DNA of 48,785 nt, the filler included, from Catajapyx aquilonaris (taxonomy: Eukaryota), in the NCBI GenBank assembly GCA_000934665.2. It is 3 parts of 3 records of this genome, joined end to end, with 100 filler letters (N's around TTAATTAATTAA, not from the genome) between each part and the next. Parts side by side here need not be neighbours in the genome. Positions count along the whole stretch, not along the records: positions 32,598 to 48,785 come from JYFJ02007262.1; 2 more parts are not named here. One strand, 5' to 3'. The translations under genes and the position numbers were made by a program. Below are positions 34,684 through 47,272 of the stretch, piece after piece (within the stretch, counting starts at the first letter, position 1; every line of letters begins with the position of its first letter). The notes below the pieces were generated by a model, which worked only from the letters and a program-made list of their open reading frames with translations, did no database searches and had not been told where the DNA came from.

Positions 34684-36660
34684 CTCTGACCGCTATAATT
34701 TATGTCCTCTAATTGTTGAAAGGAGAAAGTGAACACTATGGTAACTACTACCTATAGGCGATGAGGTAACACGGACATTTTTTCGTCTTCCTGTCCTGTT
34801 TCTCCTCTCCAACTCTACGCACCCCTTTGATATAACTCCTCATTTGGCTCAGCTCTGGCGCCATTTAAGGGCTGGCCACACACGACGCTAATGACGTCGC
34901 CGTCCGCCATTTTAAAAATATACGCCGCCGCCGTGCCCATTCCTTCCACACGTCACATTCGCCCCACCGCTTTATTCGGCCCAGGGAATTCCCCGTGGTG
35001 GATGGACCATCACCACATCGAGCCAGAGATTTTTGGGCATACATGCGGCCAGGTTTGGACTGACAAAGAATGGTGTTTTTTTTTGTCTGGCTTGTAGAGG
35101 GACAACTTTTTCGACACCCCCTGTGTTCCCTACCCCAAGGGTAATCCCTGCTGCGAAAGGAAGTCACCTGTTGCATTGTCCTGCAGCTGCACCCTGAGAA
35201 ACACCAGCTTTTGGGGGGTTGGCCAGGGTCCAGAATCAGCTGGGAGCGATGATTGGCCCAACCCGAATTTTGGAGGTGGGCCAACCAGGCAGTTCTTTGC
35301 GGAAATATCTGACAACCAAGAACCCGACACACAAAAAAAAGTGGTCCCATTTTTTTGTGTGTTGTCCCGACGTGATTGTGTCGGAAATGGGCTCCACTTG
35401 ACTTGACACGCCCTCGACCCATAACCTCCAATCATAATTCATGACGTCCAGTCATGTATAGAGAAAGAGAGAGACCAGCAATGGACCGGTATTTTTTGGG
35501 GGGGTTCCTTTGCTGGTGGGCCTCTTCAATGAAAGCTTACAACCATAATTTGGACGGATTGTAAAGACTTAACGACCTGTACTTACGACAATTGTGCAAC
35601 ATATAAACCTGGAAATAATTCTCAGGATTTAAATTGAAAGTGAAATGCACAATTTCTCCTGGATGACCTCCCCCACAGCTCTTGTCAACATTTCATCAGG
35701 CCTCCCATATTCCTTCATGTTCGCATCGCAATATTTTATTAGGATTTTTCATCAGAATATTCTGATTACCTCTGGGCTTTCCGCCATATTTCAGTTCCTT
35801 ATTCAAATCTCGGATATTATTTTCAATGTTTTCCCTAGCTTCCTCTGATCCTCCCTGGTTTCCCACAGATTCGAGCAAACTTCTAGTGTCAACACTTGGG
35901 CGTCGGATGATCACTGCATTTGGAGGTGTCATTAAAGCGGACTCGTTATCGAAAATAAATTAGACCCATGAAAATGTCATTGCCTTTTCATATCCTATAC
36001 ACAGAAAACAATACACCTGATTCACGGTAATATGTCTATATAACGACAGTAATAAAGTGACTTACTGGTAATTTTGAATCAACATGATGCATATTAACCG
36101 AGCCATTTTTTTGGCAACAGACGGAATGTTGGGTAGACGCATGATTTTTGCGATAAGTTGCAAATGAACCTGTGGTAAACCCCTGGAAGTGACTGGAAGG
36201 CAGTTGGTAGAGTTGAATGTAAATGATGATGAACCGGGTTGGAAGGGAATAAGGTGTTGCAAGTGTAATGACGAGGAGGCCTGGCTGATCCTTCCGTGTG
36301 GAATACAGTGTTGGTGGCTTGTGCTACGGTTTTGGGAGGGGTAGAAAAGCAAAAAGGGAGGTGGGGGGAAGAGGAGGAAGAGGAGGGGAACGAGGCCGGT
36401 TCGGGATCGATCCACGGGCAAGGAAAAGCGGGGGTGGTTGGGTGGTCGGAATGGGTGGGGAAAACTGGCTGCATCGCATGAAACTTTTGCTGGAGACGAG
36501 TCAAAGACAAGCGGGGCAGACACCTCTCATTACATGCAACATACTTTATGTACGAAGGGAGGCACGATTCTGATAAAAGAGTGATCACTTCCATTGCTCA
36601 GCTGAATTAGCAGGGGGGTTATTCGTCTCACACCGCTCTAATTCATGCTCTGATTGGTAT

Positions 36661-36802
36661 AGGTGAGGTTAGGATAGGTTAGGATAAGTTAGGGTAGGAT
36701 AGGTCAGGTTGGGTCATTGCAATTTTTCATTGTTTAGTCAAAAATCTGTAGGTAAGTAAGGTTAGGATAAGTTAGGATAGGTTAGGTTAGGTTAGGTTAG
36801 GT
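36661..36802 (+). repeat. Degenerate (TTAGG)n/(GGTTA)n arrays
   Basis: Two short arrays of aggtt/aggat pentamers at ~36661-36713 and ~36758-36802. Confidence 0.75.
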
Positions 36803-38397
36803 GCTAATCCACACTCAAGTAATGTCAATTTTTCATTGCTTTGTAAATATGTAGCAGTACCCATTACACCTTATTTAAAGTGGGAACTTTCGCTGATTTT
36901 TTGTGCAAAGGTTCAAATGATATTGCACACATACTGTGGACTCGAGTTTTCCCTGTGTTTCCCTGTATATGCCTGACGTGTCGTAATAAGAGAGAGTTTC
37001 ATCCTCCTATTTTTCTGAGCCGGACTTGAAAAGGAATAGGCGACGACAACCGGGTGTTTGGTCCCGTCAGTTCAAATGAAAAAAAAGAAGAAGAGAGCAA
37101 ATGCATACTGCACGCTCCATTTCTCAAAAAGGTTTCCGCGGCCCTGTTGGCGCTGGGCCACCAACCCGTAAAGATACATTTGTGTTGGAAATTGACAGCG
37201 GAAAAACTCCATTTTTTGGGCAAATAGAAAGTGGCACGCGGATATAACCCAGCAAGCAGACCGAACAAACCTTGTGGCTGACATGCCCTAAAGTACCAAT
37301 CTAAAAAAAAAAAAAAGCTAAACGATAACCTAATCGTATGGGTCAACATGATGGAGTCATTCTGACGTTGCCAAAAATAGAGCCGTGGTACCCATCATAA
37401 TATTAATTGACATGTTTACGCCCCTGAACATTTCAACAACAAGTACACTACGAGTCCAAGAGTGCCAAACAATGCATGCAAAATAATCATCCGATTACAC
37501 ATTATTATTTTGTTAATCCCAATTATTAATAAGGATGAAATATAGCATTTTTGTAATATATTGAAATTAATATTTGAGCAAAAATTAGCAGCTAATATGG
37601 GCTTTTCTTACAAATTAGCACCTTAGTACCAAAAATTGAACGTTTAGGTACCTAGTGAGTGATTCTTGTAAAAAATTGAATGTTCTGCTGCAAGAATCAC
37701 TCACTGGGTAAACCCCTCTATTGTGATTAATTCTTACTAATTTTCTGCCTAAACTTCCACTACTGCAATCTAGCCTAAGAATCATAGTTGGCACGCCTGC
37801 AGCTTCCAACCACAGGTTTCATCGCTGGCAAGTGCAAGTTACACCTACTGCTCATTTCCGTCATTTCCAGTAGTTTGAAAAGCCAATTTGGTGTATACCC
37901 CTCACACGCGTTGATTCGAGCGTGTCTAACGTTTCCAAAAATGCTTTTTCACTCCCATCTCATTAAAACTAGTTAGATTAAAATTTGGCTGCCATCTCTC
38001 TCGTGACGTCATCCTTAATCCAAAGAGGGGTGTTCGGATTGAGCCCCTGAGTCGAGATGACCCCACTCGAGCAACCTGTCGAGGATGATCAGTGTTGGAA
38101 AGAATGAAGTTGCCAAAAAAAGAGAGACACAATGGAGAAGTTCTCCCTCCTTTCCTCCTCTCCCTTGCTTGCCTTTCCCTCTTTCTATCCAATCCGGAGC
38201 CGCCTCCTAATCCACTTTGCTGCTCCACTCCCTTCATTACAATCCTCTTCCAAACTTGTTTCTTTCCAACACCTCTTCAGGATTAAGAAACTTGATCAGG
38301 GCTTCCGACCAATACCCTTTCAGCAATCAAGAGCCTCCCCTTTGCCTGGAATAACATGTACAGAGGTATATTTTCGGATCTAGAGATGGGAAGGAAG

Positions 38398-38800
38398 GAG
38401 GAAAGGGTTAATTGGATGAGATATTCATTTTCAAACGCAGCAAAAGCCGTAACGACGCAATATTACAGGCAACACTGGCTGTTGGTCTATGAAGCATGAT
38501 AATGACGTCAGGTTTCATATAAATATAGGGTATAATGTAGATCGAGTCAGCACTGTATGCCAACATCGGCCCAACATCGGCCCAACATCGGATGCCAACG
38601 TCGGCCCAATGTGACAAAAAGTTAACCGTTTTACATTGGCCCGACATCGCTCCCCAACATTGGCCCGATGTCATTTGCCGACATCGGGCCGACGAAGTGC
38701 GCTACCTGGGGAGGAAAGAGTTAATTGGATGAGATATTCATTTTCAAACGCAGAAAAAGCTGACTGGTAACGACGTAATATTACAGCAGGCAACACTGTC
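38398..38800. repeat. ~80-bp direct repeat flanking a partial MITE with gcccaacatcg subrepeats
   Basis: gaggaaag(g/a)gttaattggatgagatattcattttcaaacgcag occurs at ~38398 and ~38711. Between them are (gcccaacatcg)n and the terminus gtgcgctacctggg. Confidence 0.7.
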
Positions 38801-39656
38801 TGAATCTGGGTGCAATGTTGCGAAAACATTTGCTAATGTGTGGCAGAATTTTAACAAAATACCCCCCCCCCCCTCCACAGTATTCTCTGCCTTCATGAGC
38901 GTGGAAAAGGCATTTGAATAATCAAAAACCGCATACAGTATTTTCCCTCCTGTAGGGAGCCAAAAAAAGGGTATGTTATAGCCGGAGTGAGGTGAAAATG
39001 AGTATGTTACATAGGGAGTAAAAAATGGAATTATTCCGGGACCAGTTTTTCGAGTCAGTTATAAGTCCGAAAGTCCGTTTATAACCGAGGCTGTTTTATC
39101 CGGAGTCAGCTTCATGCATTATAAAAGGCAAAGTTGGCTCGCATGTTTGTTTTAGGCCCGATTCGGTTACCACGGCAGCATGTTTCCATGGCTATATCAA
39201 CAATGATAGTTGTTGATTACATTAGCATGGAAACAGGTTGTGCGGGGAAGAACGGGTTCTGCTGCTACTATTGCCTGGACTCTTCTAGTAGAGAAAACTA
39301 TATTACAACATGAATTGCTCAGTCTGGTGCCATGAACATTGCTCTTTTGTTGAGTTTTTTTTTGTACTCTGCTTCTGCGATATGAGGAGAGTAATTGGAA
39401 TTCCGAGAAGTAATGACGAGTTGGAATTCATAAAACTCGGTTAAAAGTGTATGGGAATGAAAAAAAAGTAGTTTAAGACGTTTATGAGCCTTCCTAAATT
39501 TTGTATGCTGTGATTCAAGTTATAAAGAGATTTTTTTAAAAAAAACAGTTGTGGCTGTGATACAGCCTAAGACACTTCCATCGCCTGCTCTATCTCCAGA
39601 GATTGGCGTTTAGGAATTGCAGCATAACACCTAGCTGTATAAATACTTCTTGAATA

Positions 39657-39828
39657 CAGAGTGACCCTGAAGTCAGGATACATATAGGAAATTGGATTGA
39701 ATAATTATTGTTGGCCAACTCCAAGTGCCAACTGTGCCAACTCAACCTTTACTGCTAGTTGGTACAACTGGAAACCAACAATTCAATCCAATTTTTCTAT
39801 ACTATATCCTGACTTTAGGGTCACCCTG
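39657..39828. mobile_element. Tc1/mariner-type MITE
   Basis: TA|cagagtgaccctgaagtcaggata...tatcctgactttagggtcaccctg|TA, with an inner IR aaattggattgaat / attcaatccaattt. Confidence 0.8.
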
Positions 39829-41085
39829 TAGAGTATTATTCTCTCCATAAAATATGAGGAATAATAAATACATCTATTAGAGCTGCTGGTTGTGTAAGGA
39901 TGGCGTGATGAAGGGCCTTGTTTGCACATGGCTCCAACCAGTCTACCAACCTCGACCCGGTGCCTTAGTCAGCCAGCAATTATTCTCACTTCCGCTCCTC
40001 TTCCCTCTCACCCTCCCTCCTCCAATTTTAATCCTTTCATTAGCACCTTTCCCTTTCCTCCCCTCTCCCCATTATTATTTATAAAGTCTTCTTCTCCTTC
40101 ATGCTGGAGCAGCTTGCAATTCATGAATTTCATTCCCCAACATCTGCCTGCTTCCAAACACTCTTTCAAGTGTCTCCGGGTATTGGATTCGACGCCGGAC
40201 GTCGGAGGCGTCCAAAAAAAATGTAGAAAGATATTGTGGGACGAACATCTTTGCAATGAGACTGACAACATTCTCTGTCATTGTTGTCCAGTTATAATCG
40301 CCTCGTGTCATGTCGCATCGTAATCAACAGAGTTGTCGGTCTCATTTCCCGCTGCCCAACGAGAAGTCTACTCGAATCACGCTCGCAATGATTTGCGGAT
40401 CTTTTTTTCTGATGCTAGTGCTCGAGAGTGCAAAAAGAGTGTTTATCCTGACTATTGAGGGCCACCCATCAGGCTCTCTTGTTAAGCGGGCAGTCTAACG
40501 TGCAGGATGAAATCAATACAGAGTCGTAACCACATAATTGTTGTTCTTATCAAGGGGGAGTAATAACCAATAAGGCATTGTTTTTGTAGCCCTCTTTTGT
40601 CAGCACCTTCCAATGAACATGCCCTGATATGCCTCGGGCTTCTGTCGCTCATCATAGAAAAGCAATAATAAACAAACACAATAAATCGATATCGCTTCCA
40701 CCCCCCATCCATCCATCCAAATCCCTTCCTCGCTCCCAATTCGTCGGAAAAGGACCCGCTTCAAAGTCGACAATCAACAGGTCTGCCAATAGAGTCGCAA
40801 TCTATGGCCCTTAACATGAAAAGTATGCAAAAGCCGGAGTCTATCATATTGTCACGTCCTGCTTGGCTCGACTTGTGATTTTTCCGCCAGAAATATCCAC
40901 GTTGGCAACAGAAACCAAGGAGTGCACGGGTCCAGTTTACTTAGGAATCACCACATTGGCGCAAGACAGTTCGCTCAAATTGTTTCCAACACTACGCTCG
41001 AGGGGGTAACAATATGGCGGACTTTTTGCGACGTTGCCAAGGCTTAGAGGCTACCTGTGCGACATATGGCCCCTGAGGAGTAACT

Positions 41086-41310
41086 TTATAATTGATATAT
41101 TTAAGGAGGTTGGCCCAGCATTGCCTTTCAACCTCCAAGGATAGGTAAGGAAGGAAGCGGCTGTGGCCTATTATACGGAAGCAACCCCGGAATTATCCTA
41201 GGAAGACCGTGAAAAACCACAGAAAACCACGGTCAGGGTTGCCGGCCCCGGGATTCGAACCCAGGACCTCCCGATTAGCAGTCGGACGCCTTATCCACTA
41301 TGCCAACCTG
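41086..41310 (-). mobile_element. tRNA-derived SINE inserted in a family B element
   Basis: The minus strand reads tggcatagtggataaggcgtccgactgctaatcgggaggtcctgggttcgaatccc, then the body ccgtggttttc...aggccacagccgcttccttcc. It is flanked by the direct repeat CCCTGAGGAGTAACT (41071-41085, 41311-41325). Confidence 0.85.
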
Positions 41311-41431
41311 CCCTGAGGAGTAACTGTGGCGACGTTGTCGTCGCGGAACAATGGACTTGCGCGAGCGTGGGTGCGCACTCGGTTGCGCTAGTAAAAAAAA
41401 TCCCCTACTATTGAAGGTTGGCTGGTTGGGC

Positions 41432-41799
41432 CAGGGAGCATATACTACATAAGAGGCGCAAACATTCGATTTCCGCGTCTCTCTGCTTGGGGCGTTGCCA
41501 AGGCTGGCGGCCATTTTGGAGTGTGGGGAACGCCATTGAGGTATAGATAGGGTACAGGCAAAAATAAGGTCCGCCATCTTTGATTCGCGCGTGTTCTTGC
41601 CGTGTATAGTTGCCATGGCCGCCAAAACCATCAAAGATGGCGCACCCTATTTTTGCGTGTACCCTATTTATACCTCGTTGGCGTTCCCCACACTTCAAGA
41701 TGGCCGCCAGCCTTGGCAACGGCCCCAAACAGAGAGACGCGAGCATCAAAGGCGCCGACAGAAGTTTGCGCCTCTCATGTAGTATAATTATGCTCCCTG
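41432..41799. mobile_element. MITE family A copy 2
   Basis: CAGGG...CCCTG termini; TSD GTTGGGC at 41425-41431 and 41800-41806. Confidence 0.88.
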
Positions 41800-43887
41800 G
41801 TTGGGCTAAGGAATAAAATATATAAACATTGATTTCACATGGACAGATCCATTCATTGTGGTACTCATTAATTGATGTGTATTTGGTTAGTCAGAGTTAG
41901 TACCTACTGCAACACAATAACATCGATGTCATGTCACAAGTGTACAGACATTGCTTACACAGTACCGTACTTGATATTAATACCCAGTTCATTACACACC
42001 TGCAGTTTTAGCACAGGTCGTTTCAAAGTGATCTTATAATAATTTAATGATGCCTAATATTTGCCATTAATACTAATAACCACTAATAAGTCTTAAAAGA
42101 TAGAGATTAACTCACTATAACCATAAGAGGTAACTGCTCAGCTTAGTGTTGAAATCACTGTACGTATTATTTTGTCTCCGTCTTTGTCACGTTGCAATTC
42201 GACCAATAAGAAGTGATTTATGGCATCAGCTATCGTGATTGGCTGATACAGGTCACGTGACTATGGCAGGAGTGCCAATGTACTCTAATGGGGATTTTCG
42301 ATGCGTCATTTTTTCCCTCTCTTGCTTTTTCCCTCTATTTTTTTCTTTCTGTGGGGGTGAAGAGCAGCGTACTGGAGCAAGTGGCATTGTCGCACTTGGT
42401 CAATACACGCTGCCAAGCAGTCACCGCTATCCGGTTGCCCGTGGCAACCGGGGTTGACGCAAAGATCCGAAGTGGGGTGTGATGGGATGGGATGGGATGG
42501 GAGGAAAATGGGGAGGAGGGGCTGGGATGGNGGGGGGGGGGGGGAATGCGTGAATCTGAGAGTGACGTCATTGTCTTCCACCTGCCAAACACCCCCCAAA
42601 AAAATTCTTGGTTAGTCGCAGTCCCCCCCTCTACACTGCGACTTTTTTTTGTAAAAAAAAACTGAGACATGACATTGGCACTCCTGATGGTCACATGGTA
42701 CGCAAGTCACGATAACTCTAGCGCTGATGTCAGGGCAAAGATCTGAATTATTTTTCACTTGCAAGGTTGCAATATAGTGACTCATGTGGTGGGTCGCGCC
42801 TTTCCCCACATTATTACCAACATACTTTTCGTATACCTGTAGGCTATATGCAGACAAGATTGGCAAATCACACGAGCGAGATTCGAGTAGACTTTTTCTC
42901 ATTGCCATGGAAATTCAAATAGGACAACAATGACATAGAATGTTATTAGAGTCATGCCAAGGAACCCAAGCGGATAGAGTGTACCCGGAAAACCGGAAGT
43001 GGCAGGTCAGCGGAAGTTGACCATGGAATCGATTTAGGAAGCACTGAATCCGAAGACCGTTTGTCGCTATCTCTTGCGGTGTAGGCCTTGATACCTGTCC
43101 ACGGAAGGACCCTTTCTATAATACTTATTTAAAATGAGAAAATGTCTACTAAGGTCGGTGTTGCTTGAATCGACTATCCCTGGCTAATTCAGCGCTACTG
43201 TTAGCGTGATTCGATGCATCCAATGAGAAGCAGCGGTCAACATAATCGGATGAATGCCCACCCTATAGCTGCTTGTCACATGAGGATCAGCATGTGATCA
43301 GCAAATATATCATCTACGGTATAACACTCCTTTCTAACTACTGGACAATCAGCATTGTAGGTCTCCTTTAGATGAATGTAATAGTTGTCACGATGTCACG
43401 AACTATATGAGTTGCAATGAGCAAAAAAAAAGTACGCGCATGGAAACACCACTGGCAGCAACGTATCAAAAATCAGCCTGCAATAATTTAACTGATTGTA
43501 TCACCTATTAATTAATTAATGTTATAATTAACTCAATTAAATTAATTGCTGGAAACAATCAATTCCAACAGCTCTGACCACGGATGGCAGAGGATTAATC
43601 CTGTAGTTATTGCTTGCCAGGTTTATTGTTATCAAACATCCTGGGACTGTTTGTTGCTATAGATGTGTGGTATATAGGTAAGGTGTAAGTAACTTTGTCA
43701 TATGTCATTTCTTTATGCGCTGACTTCAGCAGGAAGTCATCAGAAAGCAAAATTGTTCGCCCGGGAATATGATGACGATTTGAGCCAGACTTTCGGATGT
43801 CGATTAGGAAACAATAGTTCTTCAGCGTATGTCTCTAGGGCCGCCTTCAAGTGGCGCAAATGGGATTGGATGGTAACGGTCTTTTTT

Positions 43888-43889
<2 letters not shown>

Positions 43890-43944
<55 letters not shown>
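43890..43944. repeat. (CT)n microsatellite
   Basis: Directly visible. Confidence 0.92.
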
Positions 43945-43946
<2 letters not shown>

Positions 43947-44201
43947 AGTCTCCCTACCCCCCCTCCCATTTCCCTCTTCCTCCTTTTTGGAGATGAATCT
44001 CGAGGGAAGCGTAGAGACCAAAGTGAAGGCCGTAAAAAGGAAAGGAACGGATCGGAACGGACTTACGTGGACAGACTCGGGAATCCACTGCACTTCATGT
44101 CACCTCTAGACACCAGGAGTTGTGACTTATTCCCAGTTCCACCATGCTTAACCGTTGGTTAGGCTCTAACGGACTCTTTAAATAACTGCAGATCATAACG
44201 T

Positions 44202-44567
44202 CAGGGAGCATATACTACATAAGAGGCGCAAACATTCGATTTTCGCGTCTCTCTGCTTGGGGCGTTCCCAAGGCTGGCGGTCATTTTGAAGTGTGGGGAA
44301 CGCCAACGAGGTATAAATAGGGTACAGGCAAAAATAGGGTCCGCCATCTTTGATTCGCGTGTTTTCTTGCCATGTAGTTGCCATGGCCGCCAAAACCATC
44401 AAAGATGGCGGACCATATGTTTGCAGCTGTACCCTATTTATACCTCGTTGGCGTTCCCCACACTTCAAAATGGCCGCCAGCCCTGGCAACGGCCCCAAAC
44501 AGAGAGCCGTGAACATCAAAGGCGCCGACAGAAGTTTGCGCCTCTTATGTAGTAGTATATGCTCCCG
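44202..44567. mobile_element. MITE family A copy 3
   Basis: Same internal sequence as copies 1 and 2. The right terminus is eroded (gctccc-g) and no TSD was seen. Confidence 0.82.
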
Positions 44568-44641
44568 TAGATTAATTGTAAATGGCCGTAACCGAGTGCG
44601 AACCACATCTTGCGCAGCTTGCACGGTTGGCATTAGGGTTA

Positions 44642-45039
44642 TTAGATGTTTTTTTTACGAGCGCAACCGAGTGCGCACTGCCACTCGCGCAGCTCAACTT
44701 TTATGACAACAACGTTGCCAGAGTTACTCCCCAGGGACCATAACTGTAGCCTCTGAGGTTCATATCAAACCTTGGAAACATCGCAAATTTTGGCCTCCCA
44801 GTCCCCAAGCGTAGCGTTGGAAATAATTGCATCGCTTATAGTTACTAGTACACCCACTACAATACAGATGAGTGATTACCAGCTACCACCGGTATGCGAT
44901 GTTGCCAAGGTTTGATATGAACCTCAGAGGCTACAGTTATGGTCCCTAGGGAGTAACTCTGGCAACGTTGTTGTCAGAGAAGTTGAGCTGCGCGAGTGGG
45001 GGTGCGCACGCGGTTCCGCTCGTAAAAAAAACCATCTAA
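44642..45039. mobile_element. Family B long inverted repeat (~145-bp arms)
   Basis: ttagatg..ttttacgagcg...gagttactcc..agggaccataactgtagcctctgaggttcatatcaaaccttgg is mirrored at ~44895-45039. Confidence 0.82.
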
Positions 45040-46065
45040 CTTATCATTCAAAACACAAAACTGAAATCGGTTGACCATAAACTATTAACATACACCCACG
45101 AAATTTCGCGGTAATCGGCGGTTTATTCGATTACCGTGATTCATAACTTTTCGTTACATTCGCCACAAACTAAATAATTTTACAAACAAAGTTTATATAT
45201 AACAGGGACTCTTTCTATTTTAAATATTTCAGTACAGTTCATGATTGTTGCGACGTCCCGTTTCCCTGGGCGTACTTCTTTGCAGGGGAAGGTACAAAAT
45301 TGAGTGCAAATTGAGCAGTAAATGGGTGGATGGCCAGGCTTTTGTTACGCTTTACAGTCTATTAAAAACTAGATCGATTCTACAACACATGGTTTTCATC
45401 CCAGCCCGTATACGGAATTGTTTTAAAATATGGAATTCCCACAGGTCATTTTAAACAAGGACTATGTATAACACTGTCCATGTACAGCTTGTATTATTTT
45501 TTTTAACGAGCCGCTTCCTGCACTTGATCCCAATTAAAAATAATTTGTCTCCTACAGCTCCGACCTCTTTTGCGGTAGTTAACAGGCTTTTAAACCATGT
45601 TTCACAGCCTGGAGATTGGCCATCCCTTTTTATCAAATTTTAATTAGATGCATCCGAGCTGGCCACAATTATCTACAAATTAGATGGGCTTTAAACAGGT
45701 TTAGTGCCTCTGGAGGTGCAGGATGTTGCCAAGTCTACTGTTAAAACTAGGTGGTCAATTACGCGATTAGTAGACTGTTCGCAGGACTCTGAATAGCATG
45801 AAAGCTAGGATTTTAAGCTCACTTCTGGGCCTCATTTGGCACGTTTAAGGACCTCAGTGTGCTCACTGCAGGGCCTGCGTTCAGCCAATCACACTGAAGC
45901 TCATTCCAGGTCCACCTTAACGATTGGTCGGAGCTCCAACCAATAGGACATGGAGTTTAAAGGGTGTCTAACTTAAACACTTGGTTTAAAATCTATATTC
46001 ATTGATTAAACACTTTGGTTCACGGATTCGCTTAATATTGAAATGCAAAGTCGATGAATCTAACT

Positions 46066-46066
46066 T

Positions 46067-46101
<35 letters not shown>

Positions 46102-46445
46102 CTTATTTATTTATTTATTTATTTATTTAACCCCGTGATACAACTATAAGTCGTTATAGGGGGGTGGCATACCACCATAAGTTTTCAAACTTGTTTTTCG
46201 TCAATCACCGTGCAAGGACTTCAGGATGTAGGGTAGGGATAGGGATTGTTGGGGAGGGGACACTTGTGTAGGTGCAATGTCTTTGGGCCATGCCCAGGAG
46301 GTTAGGTTGCCAGACACCTCCAAAGGTGCGGGTCAGAGACCCTCCCGACGCAGGTGAAAGGGAACTCCCAGGCGGGGATCGAGCCTGGGACCTTTCACTC
46401 AGCAAGACGAGGCGTTACCATCTCGGCCACCACACCTCCCCCATA
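46066..46445 (-). mobile_element. Full-length tRNA-derived SINE with (TAAA)n tail and 19-bp TSD
   Basis: TSD AAAGTCGATGAATCTAACT at 46047-46065 and 46446-46464. Minus-strand head tggccgagatgg...aggctcgatccc. (TTTA)n at 46066-46128. Confidence 0.88.
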
Positions 46446-46991
46446 AAAGTCGATGAATCTAACTACAATGGTTTTTTATAACAATTAAATATTGAATTAA
46501 TATTGAAACAATGTCAAAAGTGACATTTTGGGGGGAAAGCGCAAAGAACGGTTAAGATCCAAAATAACTGCTGAGACATCTGGCCACCTCCCAGATGAAA
46601 AATAGTTCCCCCCTTTTTTACACTTCATTTTCCACCCTATGAAAAAATGAGGGGGTAATTAGCGCCGTCATTAAAAGGGTGTACCAACAGCCCGATGGCC
46701 TCTTTTCGCCTTTCATTTGCTGGCACCAGGGGCTAGATGGAGTGGGATGGGAATAAAAAGAGCGTCAATTTTATGATACGCCTGGCATGAAATATGCTGC
46801 AGCCAAAAGGGGAGGGTTCATCTCCCTCTCTCTCACCCTCCTTTTTTTTAAAAAAAATCGTGGGATTGACAAATGGAATCCCATTCATCTCTCTCCACTG
46901 ATGCTCCGAGGCTTCAAAGATGGTGGACCGGATTAGGCCATCACTATAGCAGACGTGGAAAACGCCCACCACATTCACTACAGGGTAGTGC

Positions 46992-47272
46992 ACTCATCAA
47001 GTTCTTATAGTCCTATAAAAAGCCACGAATAATTGCTAACTTCCCTCGAAGATAGTTTGCTCTACTTTGAAAAGATTGCAGGTTTTGTCTCAGAAAGTTA
47101 ACTTTACCGTACAGCCAGTATATTTCGGTGTAAATATCATCTGCAATGGTTGTACTCATCAAGTTCTTAGTCCTTCAGGGAAAAGGTTGTTAACTTCCCT
47201 CGAAGCTAGTTTGCCCTACTTTGAAAAGATTACAGGTTTTGTCTCGGAGAAGGTAGTTAATTTCACTGTACA
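46992..47272 (+). repeat. Local tandem duplication, period ~160 bp
   Basis: actcatcaagttctta...aacttccctcgaag...ctactttgaaaagatt.caggttttgtctc occurs twice. Confidence 0.8.

Noticed and set aside
38250..38300. CTGAAGA...GAAA on the minus strand as a hammerhead ribozyme core
   Set aside because: No pairing stem II or flanking helices.
43702..44162. ORFs with SLSLSL / RERERE tracts
   Set aside because: Translation of a (CT)n microsatellite.
45245..45454. ORF with RIRNCFKIWNS, faintly like a LINE RT C-terminus
   Set aside because: Too short and degenerate; no RT motifs nearby.
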